A stretch of 49,920 nucleotides of DNA from the NCBI GenBank assembly GCA_045593985.1, contig JAZNXR010000095.1:1-49920 (forward strand), read 5' to 3'. The stretch comes from Eubacteriales bacterium (GTDB lineage: Bacteria; Bacillota; Clostridia; Oscillospirales; CAG-272). The notes beneath the pieces were generated by a model. That model had not been told where the DNA came from and searched no databases. It saw only the letters and a list, made by a program, of their open reading frames with translations. Both the position numbers and the translations under genes were made by a program. Below, piece by piece: positions 1-8,775 of the stretch (the first letter of the stretch is position 1; each line of letters starts with the position of its first letter).

Positions 1-2
1 TT

Positions 3-1325
3 AACGCAAAGTATCACGAAAAAGAAGCCGAGATCGTCGCTAATGCCGGTAAGCTCGGAACTGTTACGATTTCGACTAACATGGCAGGTCGAGGCACCGA
101 CATTATGCTTGGCGGTAACCCCGAGTTCCTTGCCAAGCAGGAAATGATAAAGAACGGCTATGACGAGGACGTTGTCGGTCTTGCCATCGGCTCTTCCCTT
201 TCGGTTTCCGACGAGGTTCTTGAAGCCCGTAAGGTTTACCGTGAGCTATTTGAAAAGTACAAGAAGCAAATCGAGCCTGAGGCAGAAAAGATAAGGGCGG
301 CAGGCGGTCTCTTTATAATCGGTACGGAACGTCATGAAAGCCGCCGTATTGATAACCAGCTTCGAGGACGTTCAGGACGTCAGGGTGACCCCGGTGAATC
401 TCGCTTCTTCCTCTCGCTTGAGGACGACCTTATGCGTCTTTTCGGCAGCGAAAGAATTTTAGGCATGGTTGAGCGTCTCGGTCTTGAGGAGACTCAGCCT
501 ATCTCCGCCGGAATTCTCTCTCATTCCATTGAGGATGCTCAAAAGCGTCTTGAGGGCAACAACTTCGCTCGCCGTAAGCACGTTCTGAGCTATGACGATA
601 TAATGAATCAGCAAAGAACTATCATTTACAGCCAGCGACGTGAGGTGCTTGACGGTGCTGACGTGAAGGATAAGATCGTTTCGATGATCGAGGAAGTCAT
701 TGCTTCAAAGGTTGACGAGTTTATAGGTTTCGACGATCCCTCCGAGCGCAAATTTGATGCTCTTCGCAGCTACTTCCTCGGAACTCTTACGACAAATGAC
801 GACTTCCGTTACGGCGAGGATGAGCTTGCGGAGGTTACCGCTGACGAAATTGAGAAGCTTCTTCTTGACCGTGCAGAAAAGCTTTATGCTGAAAAGGAAG
901 CTATGTTTGGCGAGAATATGAGAGAGATCGAGCGTGTTATTCTGCTTCAAAACGTAGACAAGAAGTGGATGGATCATCTCGATGCTATGGACGACCTCAG
1001 AGGAAGCATCGGTCTTAATGCTTATGCGCAGAGAAACCCGATCTCCGAATACCGTATTCAGAGTGCAGATATGTTCGACATGATGAACTCCGAGATCAAG
1101 GAGGACACCGTCAGAATGATTCTTTCGGTCCAGCCGAGAAAAGAGATCAAGCGTGTTGAGGTCGCCAAGGTCAAGACAGAGGGCTTTGTCGGAAGCGGCG
1201 AGCCTGTTAAGAAAAAGCCTGTCGTAAAGAAGAAGGACGAGAAGGTCGGACGTAACGATCCCTGTCCCTGCGGCAGCGGCAAGAAATACAAGAAGTGTTG
1301 CGGAAGAAACGAAGGAGATAATTAA
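3..1325 (+). CDS. secA: Preprotein translocase ATPase SecA, C-terminal part (5' end lies outside the window)
   Basis: Frame is open from nt 3 (NAKYHEKEAEIVANAG...STNMAGRGTDI). Contains GTERHESRRIDNQLRGRSGRQGDPG and the C-terminal SEC-C zinc motif GRNDPCPCGSGKKYKKCC. Confidence 0.99.
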   Translation, partial: NAKYHEKEAEIVANAGKLGTVTISTNMAGRGTDIMLGGNPEFLAKQEMIKNGYDEDVVGLAIGSSLSVSDEVLEARKVYRELFEKYKKQIEPEAEKIRAAGGLFIIGTERHESRRIDNQLRGRSGRQGDPGESRFFLSLEDDLMRLFGSERILGMVERLGLEETQPISAGILSHSIEDAQKRLEGNNFARRKHVLSYDDIMNQQRTIIYSQRREVLDGADVKDKIVSMIEEVIASKVDEFIGFDDPSERKFDALRSYFLGTLTTNDDFRYGEDELAEVTADEIEKLLLDRAEKLYAEKEAMFGENMREIERVILLQNVDKKWMDHLDAMDDLRGSIGLNAYAQRNPISEYRIQSADMFDMMNSEIKEDTVRMILSVQPRKEIKRVEVAKVKTEGFVGSGEPVKKKPVVKKKDEKVGRNDPCPCGSGKKYKKCCGRNEGDN

Positions 1326-1331
1326 CTCGTA

Positions 1332-2669
1332 ATGAAATATTGCTTATTTCTTTTCGGTCTTTTCTTTCTTATAAATCCGTATTTTTGGGTAATTGATATT
1401 CTGCCCGATTTTATCGGTTTGCTGATCATGGCGAAGGCGATTTCGAGGCTTAACGATATTTCGCCCTCAATTGAAGCGGCCTCAAAGGGATTTAAAAAGG
1501 CTGCTGCGCTTTCGATAGCACAGCTTGGATTATTGATACCAATGATTCCGATCGTTAATTCCGATCCGACGTTCAATTTGGTATTTTCCTTCTGCTTCAA
1601 TATCATTCGCATTATCTTCCTGATACCTGCACTACACGAGCTGTTTAACGGTCTCATTTATTTCTCGGAGCGCCACGCTGTATCGAAAGCCGTTTCCGTT
1701 ACAGGGCTTAAGACTATGAGAACGGCAATGCAGATATATTTCATTTTACACGCCCTTCTCGCTATGTTCCCTGAAAGCGTATACCTTTTGAAGGTAAACG
1801 ATTCCGGTCTTACATCAAGCTTCGAGGAAATCTATCCTCTTGCCTACACGAGAACGGGAGTTATGTTCTTATCTGCGGCGCTCGTGGTTTTGATCTCCCT
1901 CGTCTTTTATATTGCTGCTTGCGTTTACTTCTTAAAGCTGCGAAGGAAGGCAGATTTCAACCGTGGAATTGAGTCGGATATCGGCTCTTACGTAAGAAGC
2001 GAAAAGAAGCGTATAATGTCGGCAATAAAGCCTGCCATTACCTGCTTTATCATTTCATGCTTTGCATCCGTTTGCTTCCTTATCGACGGAAAACAGATAA
2101 TTCCGCCGTATTTTGCGCCTATTCTTCATATTGCGGTAATAACTTATTTACGAAAAATTCTGAACAAAAAGGTAACGCGCGCCTTTTCTATCGTCGCCAC
2201 CGTTGTCGCCTTTCCGCTTCAGCTTTTCAATGAGCTTTTCGCAAGTATGTATCACGAAACCGCATCATTTGCGTTTTCACACGTTAAGACGCAGTTTATG
2301 TTCCCCTTTTCTCTGAACGTGATTTATACCTTCTTCCTTGTTCTTTCGAGCCTTTGCGTTGGAATTGCGCTTTACAGGATGATAAAGGAGCATACGGGGC
2401 TATTTTGGGAGTCGGAATACGTCACTCACAATTCAAAGGCAGCAAACGAAAAGCTTGCTCTTTTGCGTTGGTCTGTCGTTTTAACGATTGCTTATTTTGG
2501 CACTGCAATCTTTAACTGCTTTGCTTTCGGCAAGCAATACGATAAACCTATGCTGATCAATTATGCGGCTATTCTGACAATTATCGTTGCGATATGCGCC
2601 TCGATACTGTATAGCATGGTGCGCACATCGGTGTTGGAGAAGTACTCGACCGAAAATAAAATGAATTAA
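1332..2669 (+). CDS. Uncharacterised polytopic membrane protein (about 10-11 TM segments)
   Basis: 445-aa ORF with many hydrophobic stretches, 6 nt after the secA stop and followed by a terminator. N-terminal NP...DILPDFIG motif. Confidence 0.85.
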   Translation: MKYCLFLFGLFFLINPYFWVIDILPDFIGLLIMAKAISRLNDISPSIEAASKGFKKAAALSIAQLGLLIPMIPIVNSDPTFNLVFSFCFNIIRIIFLIPALHELFNGLIYFSERHAVSKAVSVTGLKTMRTAMQIYFILHALLAMFPESVYLLKVNDSGLTSSFEEIYPLAYTRTGVMFLSAALVVLISLVFYIAACVYFLKLRRKADFNRGIESDIGSYVRSEKKRIMSAIKPAITCFIISCFASVCFLIDGKQIIPPYFAPILHIAVITYLRKILNKKVTRAFSIVATVVAFPLQLFNELFASMYHETASFAFSHVKTQFMFPFSLNVIYTFFLVLSSLCVGIALYRMIKEHTGLFWESEYVTHNSKAANEKLALLRWSVVLTIAYFGTAIFNCFAFGKQYDKPMLINYAAILTIIVAICASILYSMVRTSVLEKYSTENKMN

Positions 2670-2675
2670 AAAAAT

Positions 2676-2704
2676 AGCATCCGAAAGAGTTACTTTCGGA
2701 TGCT
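2676..2704. terminator. Bidirectional intrinsic terminator
   Basis: AGCATCCGAAAG-agtta-CTTTCGGATGCT flanked by A and T tracts, between convergent genes. Confidence 0.9.
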
Positions 2705-2713
2705 GTTTTATTT

Positions 2714-4825
2714 TTAACTGAAATCAAAGACGGCTCTACCGTCCTCGAGCTTTAATTTAGCGTCGAAGGGCTTTCCCGATTTCTTTGAGATGAAGCCGGA
2801 CAGCTTTTCGGTCTTTCCGTTTGTAAGAAGCTGCCTGACTGCCGAAATCGGAATTACCCGTGAGCAGATCCGCATATTGACGGTGAATTTACAGCCGTTT
2901 TCACGGTAGGAGCCACAGCCGTAGCCGAAGTTCGTTCTTCTGACCTCGCCGCCGCAAAGCGGGCATTTACCGACAGTCTGCATAAAGAAGCCGATATCGG
3001 TATCGGCTGCAAAGCTTTGCTCCTTGCGGTCAAACACCTCGGATATCTCCGCTTTTGCAAGCTCAACGCTGTCACTCACGGTACATTCCCCACGGAATAC
3101 ACGCTTGAGCGATTTGCCTAGCTCAGCGGTTTTGAATTTGTCCATGCTTATCTGCATGGCTCTTAACGATTCGATCAGGTATTCGCCGTCGGGAAGTATC
3201 GTATAAACGTCCTTATTCAGCTTTATGTAACCGCTTTTGCGGGCGTTGTCGATTATTCCCGTTCTCGTTGCTTCCGTTCCAAGCTCAAGACCTTCAAAGA
3301 TCGCTCTATACTCTTCGGTATCGTCAGCCTTTTCGGGATCGGTACTTTCCTGTGCCTTTTCTGCCTTGAAGGGATTTTTGAGGTAGTTATTCAGCGTTTC
3401 TATCGTATAATGCTTCGGCGGGCTGGTTTCCTTTTCAACGGGCTTAAAGTCGATATTAACGGGATCGCCTTCATTCAGCTGAGGAAGCACCTTATCCTTT
3501 CCGCTGTAATCGTCGTACTTAGTCCATCCTCGCTCGACGATGACCGTTCCCTTAAGAGTAAACTCCTCAAGGTCACCGACCGCTATCTTGATCTCGCTCT
3601 TATTTACAACACATTCCTCGGCACAGAAAACCGCAACAAATCTACGGAAAACCGTCGAATACACCTGCATTTCTCTTTCGGAAAGACGGGATTTGTCGGG
3701 AATTTTATATGTTGGCGTAAGCGCTGAATGTGACTCGATCTTACTGTCATCGAAGATCGTCTTTTTATCCTTAAAGACGAGGGGATAGCCGAGCTTTTTG
3801 CAGCTTTCGATTATCCTTCTGATCTTATCCTTCTCGGCGGTAGCAAGATATTCCGAGTTTGTACGGGGATAGGTAAGATAGCCTTCCTCGTAAAGCTTCT
3901 GTACTATTTCAAGGCTTTCAGCCATTGACATTTTATACTTTTTACCAAGGACGTTCTGGAGCTTTGAAAGCGAATAGAGCTTTCCCGGAGAGAGCGTGTC
4001 CTTTTTCTTCTTTACTCCTGTAACGACGGCGCCTGTTGCATTATAAGTATCACACAGGCCTTTCGCTTTAACGAATTCGGTTTTGTCGAATCTGACCTTC
4101 GATTGAAGCTCGATCATTTCGCCATTCGTCTCGGCTTTGCTCACGAGCGCATAATAGACGTCGGGGACGAAGTTTCTTATTGCCATATCACGCTCGTAGA
4201 TTGCAAGCACGATAGGCACTATAACTCGTCCTACACGAAGAAGCTTGCCGCTTTTCAGCGTTGCGTAACGCGTGAGATTTACACCGTATAGCCAGTCGAT
4301 GAATGTTCTTGCATAGCCCTCGTTTGCGAGATTATCATATTCGTCCTCGCTTTTCATATCACGAAGCGCGGCGGCAACGGTTTCGGGCGTCTGGTCGGGA
4401 AGCCAGAGTCGATAAAGCGGCTTCGGTGATTTCAGCGCCTTTGATACACAGGTACGGACGATTATTTCTCCCTCTCTATCGGCGTCTCCTGCGTTTACTA
4501 TTTTTTCAACGTCGGGGCGGTTGCAGAGGTCCTCAATAATCTTAAACTGCTTGATAACTCCGTCATCACGGCCTCCGTTATCGCTTTTGCGAAGCTCGTA
4601 GCGAAACTCGCTCGGGAAGCACGGAAGATTATCCATGCTCCAATACTTCTGTCCCTCGGGAAGCGGACGGTAGCTCTCTATATCACAAAGCCCAAAAAGG
4701 TGTCCGAATGCCCAGCTTACCAGGTATCCGCACCCCTCAAAATATCCGTTTTTCTTTTGCATTTGTCCGATGCCTGCGACTATGTTTCTCGCCAGGCTCG
4801 GCTTTTCGGCTATAATAAGTATCAT
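2714..4825 (-). CDS. topB: Type IA DNA topoisomerase (topoisomerase III-like)
   Basis: IAEKPS, TOPRIM NAGDADREGE, GRV, catalytic LTYPRT, ELGTEATR, and a C-terminal zinc ribbon (CPLC...C...C) plus the FISKKSGKPFDAKL repeat. Confidence 0.93.
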   Translation of the reverse strand: MILIIAEKPSLARNIVAGIGQMQKKNGYFEGCGYLVSWAFGHLFGLCDIESYRPLPEGQKYWSMDNLPCFPSEFRYELRKSDNGGRDDGVIKQFKIIEDLCNRPDVEKIVNAGDADREGEIIVRTCVSKALKSPKPLYRLWLPDQTPETVAAALRDMKSEDEYDNLANEGYARTFIDWLYGVNLTRYATLKSGKLLRVGRVIVPIVLAIYERDMAIRNFVPDVYYALVSKAETNGEMIELQSKVRFDKTEFVKAKGLCDTYNATGAVVTGVKKKKDTLSPGKLYSLSKLQNVLGKKYKMSMAESLEIVQKLYEEGYLTYPRTNSEYLATAEKDKIRRIIESCKKLGYPLVFKDKKTIFDDSKIESHSALTPTYKIPDKSRLSEREMQVYSTVFRRFVAVFCAEECVVNKSEIKIAVGDLEEFTLKGTVIVERGWTKYDDYSGKDKVLPQLNEGDPVNIDFKPVEKETSPPKHYTIETLNNYLKNPFKAEKAQESTDPEKADDTEEYRAIFEGLELGTEATRTGIIDNARKSGYIKLNKDVYTILPDGEYLIESLRAMQISMDKFKTAELGKSLKRVFRGECTVSDSVELAKAEISEVFDRKEQSFAADTDIGFFMQTVGKCPLCGGEVRRTNFGYGCGSYRENGCKFTVNMRICSRVIPISAVRQLLTNGKTEKLSGFISKKSGKPFDAKLKLEDGRAVFDFS

Positions 4826-4831
4826 ACCGAC

Positions 4832-4860
4832 ATTATACTACATTTCACTAAAAAAATCAA
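4832..4860 (-). promoter_or_regulatory. sigmaA promoter of topB (predicts a leaderless mRNA)
   Basis: Minus strand reads TTGATT-N17-TATAAT-gtcggt-ATG. Confidence 0.7.
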
Positions 4861-4864
4861 TGCC

Positions 4865-4893
4865 TTGACACGCTAATACTAAAATGATATAAT
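4865..4893 (+). promoter_or_regulatory. sigmaA promoter
   Basis: TTGACA-N17-TATAAT with extended -10 TG. Confidence 0.85.
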
Positions 4894-4922
4894 ATTTTCA
4901 TTAATATTTTGGAGAATTCTAA

Positions 4923-5471
4923 ATGAACGATTATTCTAATATTGCCGAATATTCTGTTACAAAGAAGCGCGGCAAGCTGTATAACGTAGCGAAGATCGTT
5001 GCACCTATCGTAACCGGTGTAATCCCGATCTTGTATTCCGTAATATTGCTTTTCGCATACGGTTTTCCCCCATACCCGATTGCAATAATTGGTCTTTCGT
5101 TATTGCTTCTGTTTTTTACTGCCAGTTGTTTCCGCCGAATTGATTACGATTATCGTATGATAGGCAGTGAGCTGTCCTTCTCTATTGTTTACAACAGAAG
5201 AAAACGCAAGGAGCTTGGCTCGATTGACGTTTCAAGGCTTGAAAAGATCGTTCCCTATGACGGCAAATATGCTGACGAAATTGATGAGGAGGACTTTGAC
5301 AAGGTATTGACCTACTGCTCATCACCGGATGATCCCGACGTATACTGCGCCGTTGACGTCGACGAAGAAAAGAATACTCGGATGCTATATTTATTTAACC
5401 CGTCGGAAAGAATGTTACAGCTTATCAAGCAATACAACAGACGCGCGGTAATTACACTTCCAAAAGAATAA
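4923..5471 (+). CDS. DUF6106-like membrane protein (2 TM segments plus a soluble domain)
   Basis: Two TM segments followed by DYDY...ELSF..VYNRRKRKEL, which resembles DUF6106. SD GGAG. Confidence 0.7.
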   Translation: MNDYSNIAEYSVTKKRGKLYNVAKIVAPIVTGVIPILYSVILLFAYGFPPYPIAIIGLSLLLLFFTASCFRRIDYDYRMIGSELSFSIVYNRRKRKELGSIDVSRLEKIVPYDGKYADEIDEEDFDKVLTYCSSPDDPDVYCAVDVDEEKNTRMLYLFNPSERMLQLIKQYNRRAVITLPKE

Positions 5472-5473
5472 TC

Positions 5474-5517
5474 ATCACCTCTGCGGCATAGAAATTGACT
5501 GCGGAGGTGATTTTTTT
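5474..5517 (+). terminator. Terminator hairpin that also sequesters the downstream SD
   Basis: ATCACCTCTGCGG pairs with CTGCGGAGGTGAT (13 bp including two G-U pairs), followed by a T tract. Confidence 0.75.
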
Positions 5518-6037
5518 GAAGAAGGTTATTATATTTTTGCTGGTATTAGCGGCTGCGTTTTCCGTCTTTACGTCTTGCGGCGGCGAAAAAAAGTCTAAAA
5601 GGCCCGATTTTTCTTATCCGCTTGAGTTTCGTGCCGATATAAAATTTGACGGCAGGGACTATAAAGCCGACGTTACGGTCTATGACGAAGCCAATATAAA
5701 AATCGCCTTTCTTTTTCCCGATAATCTCAAGGATGCAACTCTTGAAATGAAAAACGGCGAATGCTTTTTGAACGTTTTTGGTATTACTCTGCCAATAACC
5801 GACGGCGGATATTCCTCCGACAATGGACTATTGCTTCTCAGACATCTTTTTTCTTTTTCATCAAGTGAATTCACGGGCGGTGAGGTGGTTAAGATCGGTG
5901 GCGTAAGATACAGCGTTGATAATTATAAAACGGACGAGGGTAAAATCAGCGCTTATTATTCCTCCGACACGAAGATGCCCGACAAGATAAGCGCATCCTT
6001 ATACGGCCACGAAATTGAGATCATAATTGTTAAATAA
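5516..6037 (+). CDS. Lipoprotein, possibly LolA/GerS-like and sporulation-related
   Basis: SD GGAGGTGA then TTG at 5516 gives MKKVIIFLLVLAAAFSVFTSC (lipobox). Mature part is beta-rich. Family assignment is inference. Confidence 0.75.
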   Translation: MKKVIIFLLVLAAAFSVFTSCGGEKKSKRPDFSYPLEFRADIKFDGRDYKADVTVYDEANIKIAFLFPDNLKDATLEMKNGECFLNVFGITLPITDGGYSSDNGLLLLRHLFSFSSSEFTGGEVVKIGGVRYSVDNYKTDEGKISAYYSSDTKMPDKISASLYGHEIEIIIVK

Positions 6038-6058
6038 TAATTAAATTTGCTTTTTCTA

Positions 6059-6087
6059 TTGTATTATTTGGATAAATAAGGTATAAT
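6059..6087 (+). promoter_or_regulatory. sigmaA promoter of yajC
   Basis: TTGTAT-N17-TATAAT. Confidence 0.7.
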
Positions 6088-6122
6088 CATTGCATAACGC
6101 TATGATTATGGAGGATATATAG

Positions 6123-6422
6123 ATGCAATCTTGGACTACAATAATTATGCTTGTCCTTATGGTCGTTGTTTTCTACTTCTTTGCTATTCGTCCTCAGAAG
6201 AAGCAGGAAAGAGAAATTAATGAAATGCGTAACAGCATCACGGTCGGTGACGAGATCATTACAATCGGCGGAATCATCGGAACGGTTATTATCATCAAGG
6301 ACGACAAGCTGATGATCGAAACCGGTAATGACCGCACAAAGCTCACTATTCTTAAGAGCGCAGTCAGAACAGTTCTTCGCGATGACGGAGAAACAACCGA
6401 TTCAGGCGAAAAACCCGAGTAA
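6123..6422 (+). CDS. yajC: Preprotein translocase subunit YajC
   Basis: FYFFAIRPQKKQ...GDEIITIGGIIG signature. SD GGAGG. Confidence 0.97.
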   Translation: MQSWTTIIMLVLMVVVFYFFAIRPQKKQEREINEMRNSITVGDEIITIGGIIGTVIIIKDDKLMIETGNDRTKLTILKSAVRTVLRDDGETTDSGEKPE

Positions 6423-6434
6423 TTTTTCGTAATA

Positions 6435-6488
6435 AAAAAGCCCCTTAACGAATATTCTTGAGTAAAGGATATTTTTAAGGGGATTTTT
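6435..6488 (+). terminator. Long imperfect hairpin/terminator after yajC
   Basis: Outer stem CCCCTTAA...TTAAGGGG, inner stem AATATTCTT/AAGGATATT, flanking A and T tracts. Confidence 0.65.
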
Positions 6489-6509
6489 ATTTATCCCGAA
6501 GGAGAAAAA

Positions 6510-6932
6510 ATGATAAAAACTGTTAACGGTACTCCCTTTATTCCCGCTTTGAAGGGAGCTTTGATCTCGGTTGCTATTTCCTTTGTTGCGTTAATTATTT
6601 CGGGCTTTTTTCTTGTGGAAAGCAAAAGCCTGACGGTGCTGACCGCCGTTATTCCTAAGATCATTCAAGCTGTCTCGGCTATAATCGGCGGATTCTTTGC
6701 TGCCCGATTCTCAAAGGAGCGCGGATATCTGTCGGGCATAATCTCCGGACTAATTTTCAGCGCCATCATAATTATCGGCTCGCTTATCAATTCGGATTTT
6801 AAGCTTTATTATGCGCTTATATCCGTTTCCGTTATAACCGTTTCGTCCTTTATCGGCTCGCTTCTGAATAGGGGCGGCGCAAAAAGCGGCGCTGCTAAAC
6901 GGCGCTCGATCATGAAAAAGCTGCGTTCATAA
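6510..6932 (+). CDS. TIGR04086-family 4-TM membrane protein
   Basis: Four TM segments with the GGFFAAR..KERGYLSG pattern and a basic C-terminal tail. Lies next to yajC. Confidence 0.8.
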   Translation: MIKTVNGTPFIPALKGALISVAISFVALIISGFFLVESKSLTVLTAVIPKIIQAVSAIIGGFFAARFSKERGYLSGIISGLIFSAIIIIGSLINSDFKLYYALISVSVITVSSFIGSLLNRGGAKSGAAKRRSIMKKLRS

Positions 6933-6940
6933 AAAAACAC

Positions 6941-6969
6941 TTTACAACGGTACAATAATATGGTATAAT
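6941..6969 (+). promoter_or_regulatory. sigmaA promoter
   Basis: TTTACA-N17-TATAAT with extended -10 TG. Confidence 0.75.
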
Positions 6970-6998
6970 ATTTATACCAAATACAAAGGAGAAAAACT

Positions 6999-7943
6999 AT
7001 GATTCCGTTTATTATTGTATGTTGTGTTATTATAGTGCTTCTTATTGCTTGCATCAAGATTGTTCCGCAGGCAACAGAGTACGTTGTCGAGTTTCTCGGC
7101 AAATACCAGAAGACCTGGTCTGCCGGTATTCACTGGAAATGGCCGATAATTCAAGTCATTGCTAAAAAGGTGACTCTCAAGGAGCAGGTTCTCGACTCTC
7201 CTCCCCAGCCCGTTATCACAAAGGATAACGTCACTATGCAGATAGATACCGTTATCTTTTACGCTATTTACGATTCAAAGCTTTACAGCTACGGTGCGGT
7301 AAACCCTATTTCTGCGCTCGCGAATCTTGCTGCAACGACGCTCCGTAACCTTGTTGGCGAGCTTGAGCTTGACGACACCCTCACGTCGCGTGACATGATA
7401 AACGGCAAGATGACGAATATTCTTGACGAAGCAACCGATAAATGGGGCATCAAGGTTCACCGTGTTGAGCTTAAAAATATCATTCCGCCTGCTGAAATTC
7501 AGAACGCAATGGAAAAGCAGATGAAGGCAGAGCGTGACCGCCGTGAAACACTTCTCGAAGCAGAGGGACACAGAGCCGCTGTTATCACCCGTGCAGAGGG
7601 TGATAAGCTGGCAATGATCCTTGCCGCAGAAGGTGAAAGAGATGCTCGTATTGCTCGTGCTGAAGGCGAAGCAAGAGCTATATTCCTTGCCAAGAAGGCC
7701 GAAGCTGACGGTCTGGCAGCACTTAAAGACGCAGGCGCAGATCCCGCAGTTCTTGAGCTGAAGAAGTATGAGGCACTCATCGAGCTGGCTAACGGCCGCG
7801 CTTCGAAGATCATCGTTCCGACAGACGTTGTTAACATGGCAAAGTCAAACGTGGTGTTCTCCGAAACCACAGGTCTCGGTGACGTTACCGAGGAGGCTCC
7901 CGAGGCTCCGAAAAAGAAGAAGCCGGATCCCTGCTGCGATTAA
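6999..7943 (+). CDS. SPFH/Band 7 (stomatin/QmcA-like) membrane protein
   Basis: N-terminal TM segment, then PPQPVITKDNV, TTLRN..G, WGIKV.RVELKNI.PP and MEKQMKAER.RR. Confidence 0.95.
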   Translation: MIPFIIVCCVIIVLLIACIKIVPQATEYVVEFLGKYQKTWSAGIHWKWPIIQVIAKKVTLKEQVLDSPPQPVITKDNVTMQIDTVIFYAIYDSKLYSYGAVNPISALANLAATTLRNLVGELELDDTLTSRDMINGKMTNILDEATDKWGIKVHRVELKNIIPPAEIQNAMEKQMKAERDRRETLLEAEGHRAAVITRAEGDKLAMILAAEGERDARIARAEGEARAIFLAKKAEADGLAALKDAGADPAVLELKKYEALIELANGRASKIIVPTDVVNMAKSNVVFSETTGLGDVTEEAPEAPKKKKPDPCCD

Positions 7944-7950
7944 AATGCAA

Positions 7951-7982
7951 AAAAAGCTCCAAGCATACGCTTGGAGCTTTTT
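7951..7982. terminator. Bidirectional intrinsic terminator
   Basis: AAAAAGCTCCAAGC-atac-GCTTGGAGCTTTTT. Confidence 0.92.
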
Positions 7983-8773
7983 TAATTGAACATTATATCG
8001 TTTACCTCGAGAAGCGAGGGAGCAACAAAGTCGGGCTTGTCCGATTCCTCGGCTTTATCAACGTCTGTCTGCTTCGTTTCGCCCGTGAGCACGAGAACGG
8101 ATGTAACGCCGTTACGCTTACCGAGCGCTATATCGGTATAGAGACGGTCACCGAAGATGACCATATCCTCGGGAGCTGTTTCGGTTATCTGACACATCAT
8201 ATCGAGGGCGGAGCGGTACGGTTTACCGAAGTAGGTCGGCGCTACGCCTGTTGATGCCGTGACGAAGGCGGAAATTGCGCCGCTATCGGGAATAAATCCG
8301 TCCTCTGTCGGGCAGTTGAAGTCGGGGTGAGTTGAGATATATTCAGCTCCGTTACGAACAAGGCGGCAGGCGATATCGAGCTTTTCGTAGGTCAAGGTCG
8401 TATCAAAGCTCGTTACGACTATATCGGAATCGGGCGACAGCTCGATGCCTTCGCTTACAAACTGCTTTTCAAGCTCGGGTGTACCAACGAGGTATACGCT
8501 CTTCCCTTTTCTGTTTCTTTTGAGAAACTGAATCGTTACGTCCCCTGCTGTCAGTATCTCGTTTCTACTCGGCTCGAAGCCCATTCGGGTGAGCTTTTCA
8601 AGATAAAAATCGGGGTTATGTGATGCGTTGTTCGTAAAGAAAAGCACCTTATGGCCGTTTTTACGAAGGTTCTTTATAAACTCGATTGCAAAGTCGAATA
8701 CTCTTCCTCCGAGATATATCGTTCCGTCCTGGTCAAAGACGAACAGCTTTTTGTTTTTTAATGTGTTTTTCAT
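7982..8773 (-). CDS. HAD-IIA family phosphatase (NagD-like)
   Basis: FDQDGT, FTNN, GKP and GDRLYTDI motifs. Confidence 0.93.
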   Translation of the reverse strand: MKNTLKNKKLFVFDQDGTIYLGGRVFDFAIEFIKNLRKNGHKVLFFTNNASHNPDFYLEKLTRMGFEPSRNEILTAGDVTIQFLKRNRKGKSVYLVGTPELEKQFVSEGIELSPDSDIVVTSFDTTLTYEKLDIACRLVRNGAEYISTHPDFNCPTEDGFIPDSGAISAFVTASTGVAPTYFGKPYRSALDMMCQITETAPEDMVIFGDRLYTDIALGKRNGVTSVLVLTGETKQTDVDKAEESDKPDFVAPSLLEVNDIMFN

Positions 8774-8775
8774 AA

